NCBI GenBank assembly: GCA_951406725.2
Contig: OX597821.1
Location: 102,382,001 to 102,444,000 of the forward strand
Length of the DNA stretch: 62,000 nucleotides
Reading direction: 5' to 3'
From: Octopus vulgaris
Lineage: Eukaryota
The first letter of the stretch is position 1. The number at the start of each line of letters is the position of its first letter. Below the pieces are notes generated by a model, which was given only the letters and a program-made list of their open reading frames with translations, searched no databases and was not told where the DNA came from. A program made the position numbers and the translations under genes. Of this stretch, positions 36,841-49,992 are shown in pieces.

Positions 36841-37899
36841 CTCAAAAGAAAGTTTTCTGGGATTTTCTGCTTCTTATATACCAAAAATGTTAACAAAAGA
36901 ATAATTTTTTTTCTCTTTAATCAGAATTGTAGCAGAAAGAGGGAGAGAAATGAAATAAAATCCAATGTCCAAAATATGTATTGTTAGGCCACAAAGTAGT
37001 GTTAAATGTTATTTATTTATGCATTTTCTAAGTATTTTGTTCAAAGTCATGTTTTATTCATGAATCTGACAGTAACTTCAACAATGTTATGGTACATTGG
37101 CAGCCGTTTATGAATTCAGACGTGGAGAAAGGCGACTAATCCAGGAATGAATAGGTTAGTTTATTATTATTATTATTATTTCAATTATATAGTTTTTGTA
37201 TTTATTTTACATTAAATTCATCACTTGTTTTACAATGGAAGTGATTTATAATCAGGTTTTAAAGTAAAGGTTATCTCATTATTAAAAAAATAAAGTAAGA
37301 AAAATAAAATTCCAATACAGCTGTACTATTTACCAATCTGTTCAATTGTCTTCATATACACATAGGCACACGTGTGCGTGTATATATATATAGATATGTA
37401 TGTGTTGCTTACACTGTCTCTCTCCTTTGGTTATCTCTGCAATATATATACATACCTCACAAAAGTTAACTGCAGTTTAGAGTTAAAAAGAAACGTGAAA
37501 TGTCTATTGCTTCAATATGTTAACTATTATTGGGTCTGTTTATGATACCCTGCACAAATAATAATTTTTTAAAAAATGCCCTATTTTCTTTGGATTAAAA
37601 ATCAATAAAAGGCTAGTTTCATATTTTATTCAGGAGATAAATATTAATCCTGTTTAAAGGGTGCATATGTTTGAATTTAAAGCAAGAAAATGAGAATCAC
37701 TTCTTGATTAGGCAAGGAAAATCTTGCTCAAGCAAAGCAAGGCTCTATTTTTATAGGCTTGGCTTCAAATGATGATGATAGTAATTTATAAAGAAATACA
37801 ACTTTTTCTATAGAGAAGGGATTAATTACATATTAATCTCCCGTTTTATGGATTAAGATAAACTCTCAAACTCATAACTTGTTTTAATTTCTTATTATT

Positions 37900-40200
37900 T
37901 TAAAACCAGAATATGCCAGCGTACTCTTCTTAATTAATATAAGAAACTGATTATAAGCGTTTTTATTTTTTATTTTTGCCGTTAACTACTCCAAATGTGC
38001 TTGAGAAACCAAAGAACCGCAGCTTCTTATTCGTTCTCTAAATTAACATCTGGGCCACAAAAATTTAATGTTATCGTCTTTGACACATATACAAATAAGC
38101 ATTCGTGTTTCTCTAAAGAGGAGCGGAGTGGGAGAGAAGTAGAGGGGGAAAACTGGAATTAGCATTAAAATTTGCCGATTCCTTATGGCACGTTCATTAC
38201 TCCTTAAAACCACCTCCAAATTTAATAAGCTTAAATTATAATTTATTAAAAAAAGTTAACTCTATTATGGAAATATTGTCCACTGGTAGGATTTTAAAGC
38301 CGTTTTATTAATTTATTGATATCGTTTTAATAGTCTTCTTACTATAAGAAAAAACCGTAAGAAAATCTTTAAGGTTGTTTATTTTTATGTGGCTATCGAT
38401 ATATTTAGGTTCTTATATAAATATATTCGGAAATGTTAAGAATCAAAATATACAAAATGATATATAAAATAAATATCTATCGAAGAGTTTCGGCAAACAT
38501 TTGTATCTATCATTAAATTTAAAACCACTGCCTTTCTAGACAGATACTTCAACAATTGAATTTACGAGCATGATAAATGCATTAATAACACGCTTGGCTG
38601 GGTTACAAAAGACTTCTTATACTGTATTGGATGGGTAAAAAAAAGTCAATGTTTTGGGGCAAACTAAAACTAAACAAGTGCAAAACTGTTTTAAATTAAA
38701 TATTAAAAAAAAAAAATAACCAAAAAATCCCCCCAAAATTATTTAAAAACAAAAATAAAATAGAAATAAAATGAAATAGCTACATTTTCGCTTCTATTTA
38801 ATATGTTAAAGTAAAATAAATAATTAAATAATAAATAAATAAATATAGTTCATGAATAAGTTAGAGTGACAATAAAAAGACTTATATTCATTCTTGGTAA
38901 CATGCTGCATGCGAAAATAAAGTGTTAGCCGCCATTTTTTTCTCACGCTGTTACTACATTCACTGCGGATATGAAATCAGCAGAATAAGAAGGTAGAGTT
39001 GGCGCAGGGGTGGGGGGATGGGTGGGGAGACTAGAAATATTTTAAGATAGATCTGATGATTAAAAAAATTCCAGAAAAAATATAAACGATAATTGTTAAA
39101 AATATTATTTTAACGAATAAAGAAAATTCTCAAATAGGTTTATTAATTAAAATTATTAATTAAAAGAATTCCCAATAATAAAAACTCCAGAAAAATATAA
39201 TCGATGATTGTTAAAAAATATTATTTCAGCAAATAAAGAAAATTATTCTATTTATAATTCTAAGTTTGATGAGTGTTAATAAACGAAACTATTGACTCTT
39301 GAGTCACTCTGTAACTTCTGCCGATTAATAATAATAATAATAATAATAACAATAATAATCATAATAATGATAATAATATTTATTCATGTTTTGAGTTCTA
39401 TTTTTTTCTTTTTGTATCACCAAACTTAATTGTAAGATTATTATATTAACTATTAAATATTAACTATTACTTTTCGGCTCGTGACCTTTCCTTCAGCCCG
39501 TGCCTGTTATCACCTTTGACGTCAGTTATGGTGTTAGACTCCAGATACATTTCTTTTTCTTCACCACGGATATGTTGTCAATCGCTCGTATAAGCTGATA
39601 AATGGTTATGACTAGCAAAAAAAAGAAACGAGCTCCCAGCAATGCGAACTGGAGTCGGAAAAACGCTGTTAAAGATAACGATAAGGTAAATATTACTGTA
39701 TGTTACCATGCAATATGTGTTTCGTCCGTCTCACAGACAGATAAGAGATCGACATGTATATATAATGTATATAAACACATACACTACTCTACACACACAC
39801 ATACATATCTGTAGGTAACTATACACATATTTGATGTCTTAAATCTATCTGTCTATCATATAATTTATATAGTGTATATCTATTGCTGTTGATGTTTACG
39901 ATCTGAGGTTTTAATTAATTATATATGGTCATTTTGTATTGCATTTTCATTATTTCATAAATATTTTCTATGGATTTTTTTGCCTTCAATCGATTCTTCC
40001 TATTTCTGTTGATTCAGTTGTAATCGAACATCGGGTTACATCAGCTCTTTGATTTGAATTCTTTGCGACTTAAACTTATCAATTAATCAACCAGTTGACA
40101 TTTTTTTCATTTATTAAGTAAAGAATTTCTTTGTTTACGATTTCCTCATTCATGCCTCCTTTTTTTTTCGAATAGATTCGCATTTTCACAAAGAAATAAC

Positions 40201-40238
<38 letters not shown>

Positions 40239-42400
40239 TCACACACATACTATGACTTCCAAGTTTCATCTCTTGAAGCTTATTCAGTATTTAAGCATTG
40301 TTTTCATTAAATCTCGAGATAGGTTATTTTAAAGGATAATATCTTGGAATCTTGTTGAGATTTTCCCCAAAATAGCAGAACCCATTTGGGAAACATTCGT
40401 CACTTAAATTGCAATAAACCTTTATAAATGAAATAAAAATTATTTAACGCAGGGTGGGGGATTTATTCGTGTAAAAATAGGCCGTATAACTTGTCATTTT
40501 GAAAATTGTAAAAAACACTTTTTGTAAAATAAATTTTTTATTGAATGTTCTCAAAGGCCGGAACCCTAGAATTCTTTTACGGATGATTGGGTTTCTGCGG
40601 AACTTAATTCAAGGAATCATTGCTCTTGAGGCTCTTATAAATATGTAACTTAGAAAATAAAGCATCCTATTTCATTTCTCCGATTTTAATTTAATGGTAA
40701 TATATATTTTTTTGTCATTTGAAACAACATCCCCCCCAAAATATATAATAAAAACAATCATTAGAAAAAACCATCCTGTTGATAGATTTACTATGTAAGA
40801 ATATTGCTTTTTCCAAGAATAAAACGCTTTGGAGTTTGATATTATGTACAATAAAATAATTAGATATTTTAAAATATTACTTTTTTTCCTTTTTGGGGAC
40901 TGGGACGGGAGAGAAAGATCGGAATATTTCCTTTTCTTTCTGTTCGGGTAAAATGAATTTTGAATGACTATTGTGTCATTAACTATTAATAAAACCCGAG
41001 ACTGGGTTTATGGGGCAATACTGAGTTATCGTTCCTGGTGTTGGCTTTCTTACACATACATGCATACGTTCACCCACCTACATAAATAATCCGCACACAC
41101 ACACATATATAAATCGGCAGTAGATTGTAACTCAAGGGCCGAGAGTTTCGTGTTTGACACATATCTACCCCCCACCTCTCTCTCTTTCTCTTATATATAC
41201 ACACATTTAGTGTTAACTGTCGGGAAAAAAAGAGGACCCACTACCTATACCATAATAGAAATTAATAATGTATGTCTTCAGGCAAGTTATATCGTCGTCT
41301 AAGAATATGCACTCGTATATTTGTCGGCAGAGTGAGTATACTAATCAAAGTATACAGGTTATAGATCCATTTCAGCCTATCTTACCAATCAAGTTTCGCA
41401 TTGGGATTTAGAGAACCGGAGATACTTGTTGTGGAAGGTGGTAGCCGTCAATTATAATTATGAATAATGTTATTAAACTCCTAAACTGATCACAATTAGC
41501 GACTTCCATAGTATGTATAAAGGCACACACACACACACACACACACATAAGGGCATTTACCCAAACGTTTTTTTTTTTAAGTACCCGTTTGATAACACTG
41601 TTTCTCACGCGATTATATCACACACGCACATAGATATGTACTCATATGTAGATATGTACACACACACATACACAAAGGCATTCACTCGTACATTTTTTAA
41701 TTCTATTTTAAAGATACACGTTTTATATCGACATATTTTTCTCATGCGACTATAAAACGCACACACACACACACACACATGTATGGATCGCCTGTATTTA
41801 TTATTTTGTTTCTTTAATACAAGAGGAAAATAAAATTAAGTAAAAGCTGATTGTTGAAAGCTGTCCAAACTATTCTCAAATGAGTCTTAGGAGAGTTGGG
41901 GGTAAAAAAAAAAAATAAAACGTCAAGCAATAACACAACCACCGCTTTTAGATTTTTCTTTTGCATCACATAACTCTTTCCACAACCATCTTGACATCAT
42001 ATCATCTTTGTAGCTTCCTGTTTTTCTTTTGCCCCCTTTTCCCCTTCAACTCTTTCCCCCCGCCGCCATCACCCCATCGGACCCCCACCTCCCTAAAATT
42101 TCCCATCCTATTACACATGCTCGAGTGTGTGAGTGCTTGGTGATGTTTGTAAAATATGGGAGCCGTGTCGTAAACATTAAATTTCACTGAATATGTTTTT
42201 AATATTGCTAATTGCTATGGTGCCTCTCCTCTCCGTGTTTCCTTCAGGCCGTTCCTTCACTAGGATATCTAACACACACACACACTAGTTGATGTACTTG
42301 GCGGCGGAGCGATGACAACCATTAAGTGTTTGTCTTTTCAGTCACGTCTATTTTTGGATTATTATTCTTATTATTATTGCTCTGTTATAGTCATCCAAAT
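37900..42400. promoter_or_regulatory. Repeat-free, CpG-retaining promoter region, probably bidirectional
   Basis: No SINE/LINE over ~5 kb; TATCGATA (38394-38401), GCCGCCATTTT (38928-38938), G4 motif (39007-39027), TGACGTCA (39517-39524). Confidence 0.65.
39602..39685 (+). CDS. Putative first coding exon of an unidentified gene (MVMTSKKKKRAPSNANWSRKNAVKDNDK)
   Basis: In-frame TGA TAA directly before the ATG; basic NLS-like KKKKR; phase-0 donor AAG|gtaaat; lies in the CpG-retaining block. Confidence 0.55.
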
Positions 42401-43024
42401 CAGCTCATGAAAATTTACTTCCTTCTTGACTCAAACGTTCCACTTTCGTGTTTATTCCTTCCTCCCCTTCCCCGTCCTCTATTTTTCTAAGGTTTTTAAT
42501 CTCAAATTTTCCTGTTCATTTGTATGTGTGCATACACACACACACACATATTTATATACATACATACATACACACATACATGTATATATATATACATACA
42601 TACACGTATACATACACATATATATACACGCATACATATATATATATATATAATTTCGTACTTATATACATCTGTATATACATACAGTGTGTCTGTGGTC
42701 CATATCACATAATTTGCTTAATCATTTCGTCATCTGGAGGATAGCACATAACAAGAAACTCTAAGTAATAACGCCATGATTACCTTCAAATGAATAAACT
42801 CTATTTCTTGTATTGAGTTCTTTTTCTCTTGCTTCTACTTCCAAACACGTACTTTATATATGTGTGTATGCATATATGTATGTATATATATATATATAAT
42901 ATACACTTTTTATTAAAGCTGTGAAATTTTCACAAAACTGTTACTCAGTTTCACATTCCTGTTCGTTGGACAGCTGTGATTGAGTACTATGTTTCCCACC
43001 TTGTTTTGCACTTATGTGCTTCTC

Positions 43025-43065
<41 letters not shown>

Positions 43066-43965
43066 TTTGTGTGTTCATGGGATGCTTTATCATTTTAAAG
43101 TGTTTATTATTTTGTCTTTTGTGGTTTCTTGCTGTGAATCATCTGGTATTTAATTATAGGTGTACCAGTAAGATACCCAAGGTCCATTCTGTTATAATTT
43201 CTTAATCTACTCTTCCACACCCTTAAAAATGAGGCATGTGTATCTAAGGCAGTATAGTTGTTTTTCTCGATCTGCTCCTATGGCTATATAATGGGTTGCA
43301 TGATTGCATATACATAAAGTCTACTGTTGCACACACAAAACTGTTTTTGTCTTTTCTTTCTTTTTGTCATTGCTAGTTGGCAAAGTCTGCTCAGCTGAAA
43401 GTGGTTAGCACTTTGCCATGGTATATCAAATGGTTCATGTTAAAAAGGAGAACCAGTTGCTGTGCATTTGTGTGTTCTCGTGATAAACACATACATGCAC
43501 ACACCTCATTAGAGAGAGAGAGAGAGATTATGGACTGGCTTATTTAGTGTGGTCTCCCATATCCAAACTTGTTAATGTTCTGAGAAACATTGTTTGAATG
43601 CAAAACGGGATGGTCATAGTTGTAACTCTTTGGATCATATATCTACTTGGCTAGAGTTGAGTTGTGGTTAAACAACAAATAGATACTAGAATTCTGATTG
43701 ACAATTGATATACTAAGCTGCAGAAAGAAGACTTGAAAAATCAATTATGAAAAGCAGGCAAACAAGTGCTGTGACTGGGGTAACTGGAAAATAAGCAGTG
43801 TATCAACCTGATAATTTTAATGTGTATTTAGTTTGTTGTTGTTTAGCTTCAGATCAGTCTGGGTCGAACCAAAATTTATCATGGACTACATTTATGGTGG
43901 ATTGGCAGAATCATTAGAATGTTATTGTGGTATTTAGTTTTAGGCCCTTTACATTCTGGGATTAA

Positions 43966-44185
43966 CCCTTTTGTGTTCAGACTACTCTGTTAAATGTAAT
44001 ATTTTTTCACTCAAATTGTTTTGAATTAATCAAGCATTATCTTATAGCTTTGGGGTTTCAATGATGTGATTGTTTATTTTCAGAATGACATTGTAGGTTA
44101 GGAGTGAGAGGTTAGATATCGCCAGTTTGAATATAAAACATGTAGAATATCTGGGCCAGATATGGCCGGTTTAAACACTAAAGGG
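43966..44185 (+). mobile_element. piggyBac-type MITE
   Basis: TTAA on both sides; TIRs cccttttgtgtt / aacactaaaggg. Confidence 0.9.
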
Positions 44186-44236
44186 TTAAAGAGATCTGTT
44201 GAGTCAAAGTACCAGTCAGGTAATGGGGCTGGTACT

Positions 44237-44445
44237 TTAAACTGGCCATATCAGGCCCAAATATTCTGCTTGTTTTATGTTCAAACCATCCAGATCCAGC
44301 CCCTCACACCTACCTTACAATGTCCTTCTAAAAACAAACAATCATATCATTGAGATCTGAAAGCTATGAGACAATGCATGATTAATTCATAACAATGTGA
44401 ATTAAAAAGCAGTACAATTGGCAGAATAATCTGAATGCTAAAGGG
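44237..44445 (-). mobile_element. piggyBac-type MITE, inverted copy
   Basis: Reverse complement of 43966-44185; ends aaagggTTAA. Confidence 0.85.
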
Positions 44446-44654
44446 TTAACCAACTGATGCTGGTGTCTCTTAGACTTCTTTAAGCATATGGCTATGAACA
44501 GCCTCAGGAAATATGGTTCTGAAAGACAGATCTGATATAAATGTAGTTTATGTACAAGAGAAATCTATTTTCTGAAAGTAGGGTGATTTGAAGGACATTT
44601 GACTATTTCTAGAAGGTCTACTGACTGCATAAACTTGCTCATTGTTGTAGTAGG

Positions 44655-44744
44655 GCAGGTGTGAGTGACCAGATCTGGCCAGTCTTATTATATAAAACAG
44701 GTAGAATATTTGAGCCAGATATGGTCAGTTTAAATGTTAAAGGG
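44655..44744 (+). mobile_element. piggyBac-type MITE, right-end fragment
   Basis: gccagatatggtcagtttaaatgttaaagggTTAA. Confidence 0.75.
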
Positions 44745-44827
44745 TTAAAAGCTTGAAAAGATGAACAGCAAAATTGATTATGGTGGGATTTGAATTCAGA
44801 ACATAAGTTCTTTGAGGTGTTTTATCA

Positions 44828-45225
44828 CATCATCATCATCATTATCATTTAACATCCGTTTTTCCATGCTGGCATGGGTTGGACGGTTTGACTGAGAACT
44901 GGCAAGCCAGTACGCTGCACCAGGCTCCAAACTGATCTGGCAAAGATTTTGCAGCTTGATGCTCTTCCTAACGCCAACCACTTGGAGAGCGTAGTGGGTG
45001 CTTTTTATGTGCCACTAGCATGGGAACCAGTTAAGCAGCACTGACATCGACCACGTTCAGATGGTGCTTTTTATGTGCCACTAGCATGGGAGCCAGTTAG
45101 GTAGCACTGACATCGACCACATTTGGATGGTGCTTTTTATGTGCCACTAGCATGGGAGCCAGTTAGGTGGCACTGACATTGATCACGTTCAGATGATTCT
45201 TTTTATGTGCCACTAGCATGGGAGC
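44828..45225 (-). mobile_element. RTE 3' UTR family C with 66-bp VNTR (~3.4 units)
   Basis: ctttttatgtgccactagcatggg recurs at 45001, 45067, 45133 and 45199. Confidence 0.9.
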
Positions 45226-47548
45226 TGTAATTTTCATTCTATGACCAAAAATGAAAAACAATTCCAAACAAATTGTTTATTACTGCAATATATAAGTTTG
45301 TGCTTTTATCTCTGAAAGACATTTAGGTCAACAAGTATTCTTTTACCGTTATGTCAGTTTTGAAGATATTAATTCATTGTTGTTATATGGCAGTATATTG
45401 AGTTCAGCTTTATTATTATTACATCCTGCTGTTTGTTTCATAGCAGCATGGAACATGGACATTAAATATTGATGATGATGGTGTATATTTCCACTGCATT
45501 ACTTCTCTAGTTCACTAAAATATGTTCCAATACATCTGTCAACTGGCTTGGCTTGTTAGTTATAACAACAACATTTTCACAAATCACATCCTATCATCTT
45601 GAAACAAGAAGGTCACATTGGATGCTGTAGTCTTAGATGTTCAAAGAAGAAAGGATGGAAGATCTTTGATCAATTTGTCCTGTCTATTCAATCAGGTTTG
45701 ATTTGGGTGCTAAACAATAATAATAACAACAGAAGCATCTAAGCATACAGAGGTTCAAAGGAAATTAAATGAACTAATAATATCAACCAGCAGACACTTT
45801 GCAGTTCAATCATTATCGTGTGGATAGAATGTATGTCTGCATAAATCTTCATGGGTCTAGAGACCTGACATTTCTGCTTTGATGTTAAAAGCGTAGATTA
45901 AAACTAAACAAACTAAATGGCGAGAAAGTTGAAATTGAACCAAGAGCACTTGTCTAATTGAAACTGTATTGGCATTAACAGTAAAAAAACAAAAACAACA
46001 AAAAACAAAACAATAGCTGTTGGTGTTACTGATGATACATATTAATGATAATGAGTTTGTCTTTTACGAAACAGCAATTGTGTAGCTTTATTCCTACAGT
46101 AGGCTTCTGTTAAATTTATGTTAGATATATTGTGTTTTATATAGATTACTTACATTCATATGATTCATTCATCATCATTGTTAATTGTCTGTTTTCTATG
46201 CTGGCATGAGTTGGATTGTTCAACTGAGCTAGAGGGCTGTGCTGAGCTCCAATATCTTTTGGCATGTCTCTATGCTTGGATGCTCTTCCTAATGCTAAAC
46301 TGCCTTACGGTGTGTCCTGGGCTCTCTTTTCTCAAGGCATCAGCACTGGCAAGGTCACCAAGTAACTTGCAAGACAAGACCCCTTAAGTGAAAGGGGTGT
46401 AGTCTTGAGGGAGGTGGTTTATGCCAAGTGTTGATTGAGGAATAGGAACAGGTGCCCTGCTGTAGAGGCAATATATGGCTGCCCCTGCTGGAGTTGGGTG
46501 TATAAGTTTCTGAGAGTGTGAAAGGAAAGTGACAGATGGTTAGAGATGGGGATAGAGGTGGATACATTGGCAGAGGCATGGTTTATGGTAAATATCAGTT
46601 GCTGGGGGAAATGAAGGAAATATTAGTGGGTCAGAGAGGAGAAGGAGATGATAAGTGACTGTAGTATGGGGGAAGACTTATCAGGACCCATCTTTATTGA
46701 AATTTATGGGTCTTCTCAAGTGCAGCATATTGCCAATCACCTTGGTAATTTGTCATTTCCTTGTTGAGGCTCAACATCTTGAGGTTGGTCTTTGTGACTT
46801 GGTGCCACATCTTCCTGGGTTTCCCTCTTCCACAAATTCATGCTGATTGTTTGCAGTAAATTGTGTGTGTGTTTGTATACATACATTTTGGAGTACAAAC
46901 ATAAGGAAACATACTCTGTTAGTTTTTTTTTTTTAAGCTGAATGATTCACTCTGTTGCTCCATAGAGTTACTTGCTGGTATTTGGTCATTAGGCAATAAA
47001 TAGCACAGAATGTATTTGTAAATAACAATTCAAGGGTGTAAATTAGTGAATCTTTTCAGATTAATTGAACCCTGTACCTTGTGCTAACTGACCAATACAC
47101 CACAAGACCATCTCTACCACAAGGCTCCACTACAGGTGTTTTATCTGTTGGAACTTCCTTATGTAGACTTAAATAGATTAAACACTGTCTAACATAGCAA
47201 AGTAGTCCATCTTGATCAATATATGAATGAGAAATGACTCCAAGGAAAATTAATAAATCAATAATTAATATTGTTACATTTTTGTCACACATACATGCAT
47301 GACACTGAAAGACAAAATGGAATAAGCAGAACAAGAGGAGACTTGTGGGATAGAAAGTCACTGAAGAGGTCACAGAATGTGTGATGAAAGAATTTTGACA
47401 AAGAAACTATAATAATAATAGTAAAGCTGAAGTGATGACCAAATATATTGTGTGTGTGTCTAATTGACAAAAGATGACCAATCAACACATGATTTCATGG
47501 CAAGAATCTTGCAAAATAAATACATATCTTGCAAAATAAATACATAAA

Positions 47549-47920
47549 CAACAAGAGCACTCAGAGAGTGCAAACCTCCGCCAAAGCAACACCAACATCC
47601 TCTCAACAATTAGCCGGAGATGATTTTTAAAATGAGAATATCTTAAATAAACTTGATGGCTCTCACAAATGGGAATACTAAAAATGAATGACCGCTCTCA
47701 AAAATTAAGTAAAAAAAAACAGGGAAAATAATCCAGAATCCTTGTCTGGTACCAGACCGATCCCAAAATCTAATCAGTTCATACCAGTCATGAGGCCAAC
47801 ATCCCTGAAAGTTTCATCCAAATCCATCCAGCAGTTCTTGAGATATCTTGTCCACAGACAAACAAACTAACAAACACGACTGAAAACAATACCTTTGCCT
47901 TAGTGAAGGTGGAGGTAATA
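47549..47920 (+). mobile_element. Non-autonomous Helentron-like (HINE/DINE-1-type) element
   Basis: 5' acctccgcc (47574-47582), (CAAA)-like microsatellite and 3' stem-loop acctttgcctt-agtg-aaggtggaggt (47891-47916); second copy at 61761; the class is inferred from the architecture. Confidence 0.55.
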
Positions 47921-49002
47921 GTTAATTGTTCAAATTTTAATTTTTAGCCACAGGCAAAGCTGTGTTGTAAGAAGTTTGCTTCTCAACCATATGACTTTTG
48001 GGTTCAGCCCCACTGTGTGATACTTTAGGCAAGTGTCTTCTACGATAACCTCAGGTCAATTTAAGCCTTGTGAGTGGATTTGGTTGACAGAAACTTGTGT
48101 GTGTGTTTTACTGTCTCCTTGCATTGACATCTGATAGTTGTAAACATATGGTGTCCTTTGTTTGTAGTTTTCTGTGAAAATATATCTGGCCATGGGGAAA
48201 TATTACCTTATTAGTGACAAGAAGGGCATCTAGCCATTGAAAATCTACCTCAGCAATTTCCATTCAGTGCATGCAAGTGGATGTCAAAACGATGATAATG
48301 ATGATGACATTACATCATTGGTCAATATTCATCTGTTAAGACTTTATAAAACATAATTACAAACTCATTAATGGCAATTGAACCTTACATGTTTTACTGA
48401 TTTGGCATGTGATTAAGAGTTTGCGTTATAGTTAATGGTAAGCACTTAAAGATAAGATAAAATTAATTTAGGATTAATTTGAGATTGAAGATGATGTCAC
48501 TGCAGTGTAAACAGATAGCACGATCACCTGTTTAGGAAGAGGTTCTTTAATATTGTTTATACAAAAAGGAAAAACATCTCAGCTATTAATAATACAGATA
48601 TAACTTATAATGAAGCTGTCAGATATGACGTGTAATATGGCTGTCATGTTAAAAACCTTTACTGCAGCCATTGTGTTCTGTTTCTTGTCAAATCCTATTA
48701 CTCTTCGTTGCTTCAGTTTGTCTACTGACAGGTTCCATGAATGGCTGTGTGGTTAAGAAGCTTGGTTCTTGACTGTATGGTTTTGGGTCCATCATCTTAT
48801 CGTCATTGCTTATATGCTTGGTTTTTTCGATGAGACATCTTGAGGTGGTATTCCACAGCTAGATGTCTTCCCTGATGCCAACCTTTGTTTTCAAGTTAGG
48901 GTCTTTATTTCACTGGTCTTCACATGTTGCACTGTCAAGCTGTGAAACTTGCTGTTTATGCAGACCTAAACAAAACGTTACTGCTACCCAAGTGGTGTCA
49001 AC

Positions 49003-49225
49003 ATCATCATTTAGCGTCCGTTTTCCATGCTAGCATGGGTTGGACAGTTCAACTGGGGTCTGTGAAGCCGGAAGGCTGCATCAGGCCCAGTCAGATCTGG
49101 CAGTGTTTCTACGGCTGGATGCCCTTCCTAACGCCAACCACTCCATGAGTGTAGTGGGTGCTTTTTACGTGCCACCCGCACAGGTGCCAGACGGAGCTGG
49201 CAAACGGCCACGAACGGATGGTGCT
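49003..49225 (-). mobile_element. RTE 3' UTR family C
   Basis: Family C sequence reversed. Confidence 0.88.
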
Positions 49226-49937
49226 TTAGGCACAAGGCCAGCAAGTTCAGGGGAGGGGCTAGGTCAATTACATTGATCCCAGCACTCAACTGGTACGTAT
49301 TTTATCAACCCCGAAAGAATGAAAATCATAGCTGACCATGTGAAGATGATAATGCTCACACACATTTGTGTGTGTGTTTCCGTGTTTCTTTGGACTGGTG
49401 TTACTTGGACAATAGTGGTATTTGTTTATGTCCTGCATAAAGAATATATCCAGCAACTCAGCAGTTTGACCCGTGAAGGAAGACCTGTGAAATGTAGTAC
49501 TTTGAAGAATTGGTATCCAGTTGTGGAGTACTACATTCAGTATGGAAAAAGTGGAAGTAACAGCAATGGTTTTATATTTATATGTTTGTGTGTGTATGTG
49601 GCTATGTAGGTAAGAAGTTTGCTTTGCAATCTCATGGCCTTTGGGTTCAGTTCCACTGCGTGACCAATACTGTATGAATGAATTTGGCAGATGGAAAGTA
49701 TGTGGAAGCCCACGAATATATGTGTGTATTTTGGATCTGTGTTTGTTCCCCCCCCTGGCACCACTGTCTGATAATCAGGGTTGATTTGTTTATGTCCTTG
49801 TAACATAGCGGTTTGGCAAAACAGACCAATAGAATAAGTATCAGACTTTAAAACTAAGTATTGGGGGCAACTGGTTTGATTAAAACCCTTCAGTGTGGTG
49901 CTCCAGCATGCTCGCCATCCATTGGCTGACACAAGTA

Positions 49938-49992
<55 letters not shown>

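Noticed and set aside
42426-42744. Tyr/Ile/His/Thr-rich ORFs (YIYI, HTHT) here and throughout the window
   Set aside because: Translations of (TA)n/(CA)n microsatellites.
44995-45225. Regularly spaced repeats as a CRISPR array
   Set aside because: The spacers are themselves near-identical; this is a eukaryotic minisatellite within a LINE UTR.
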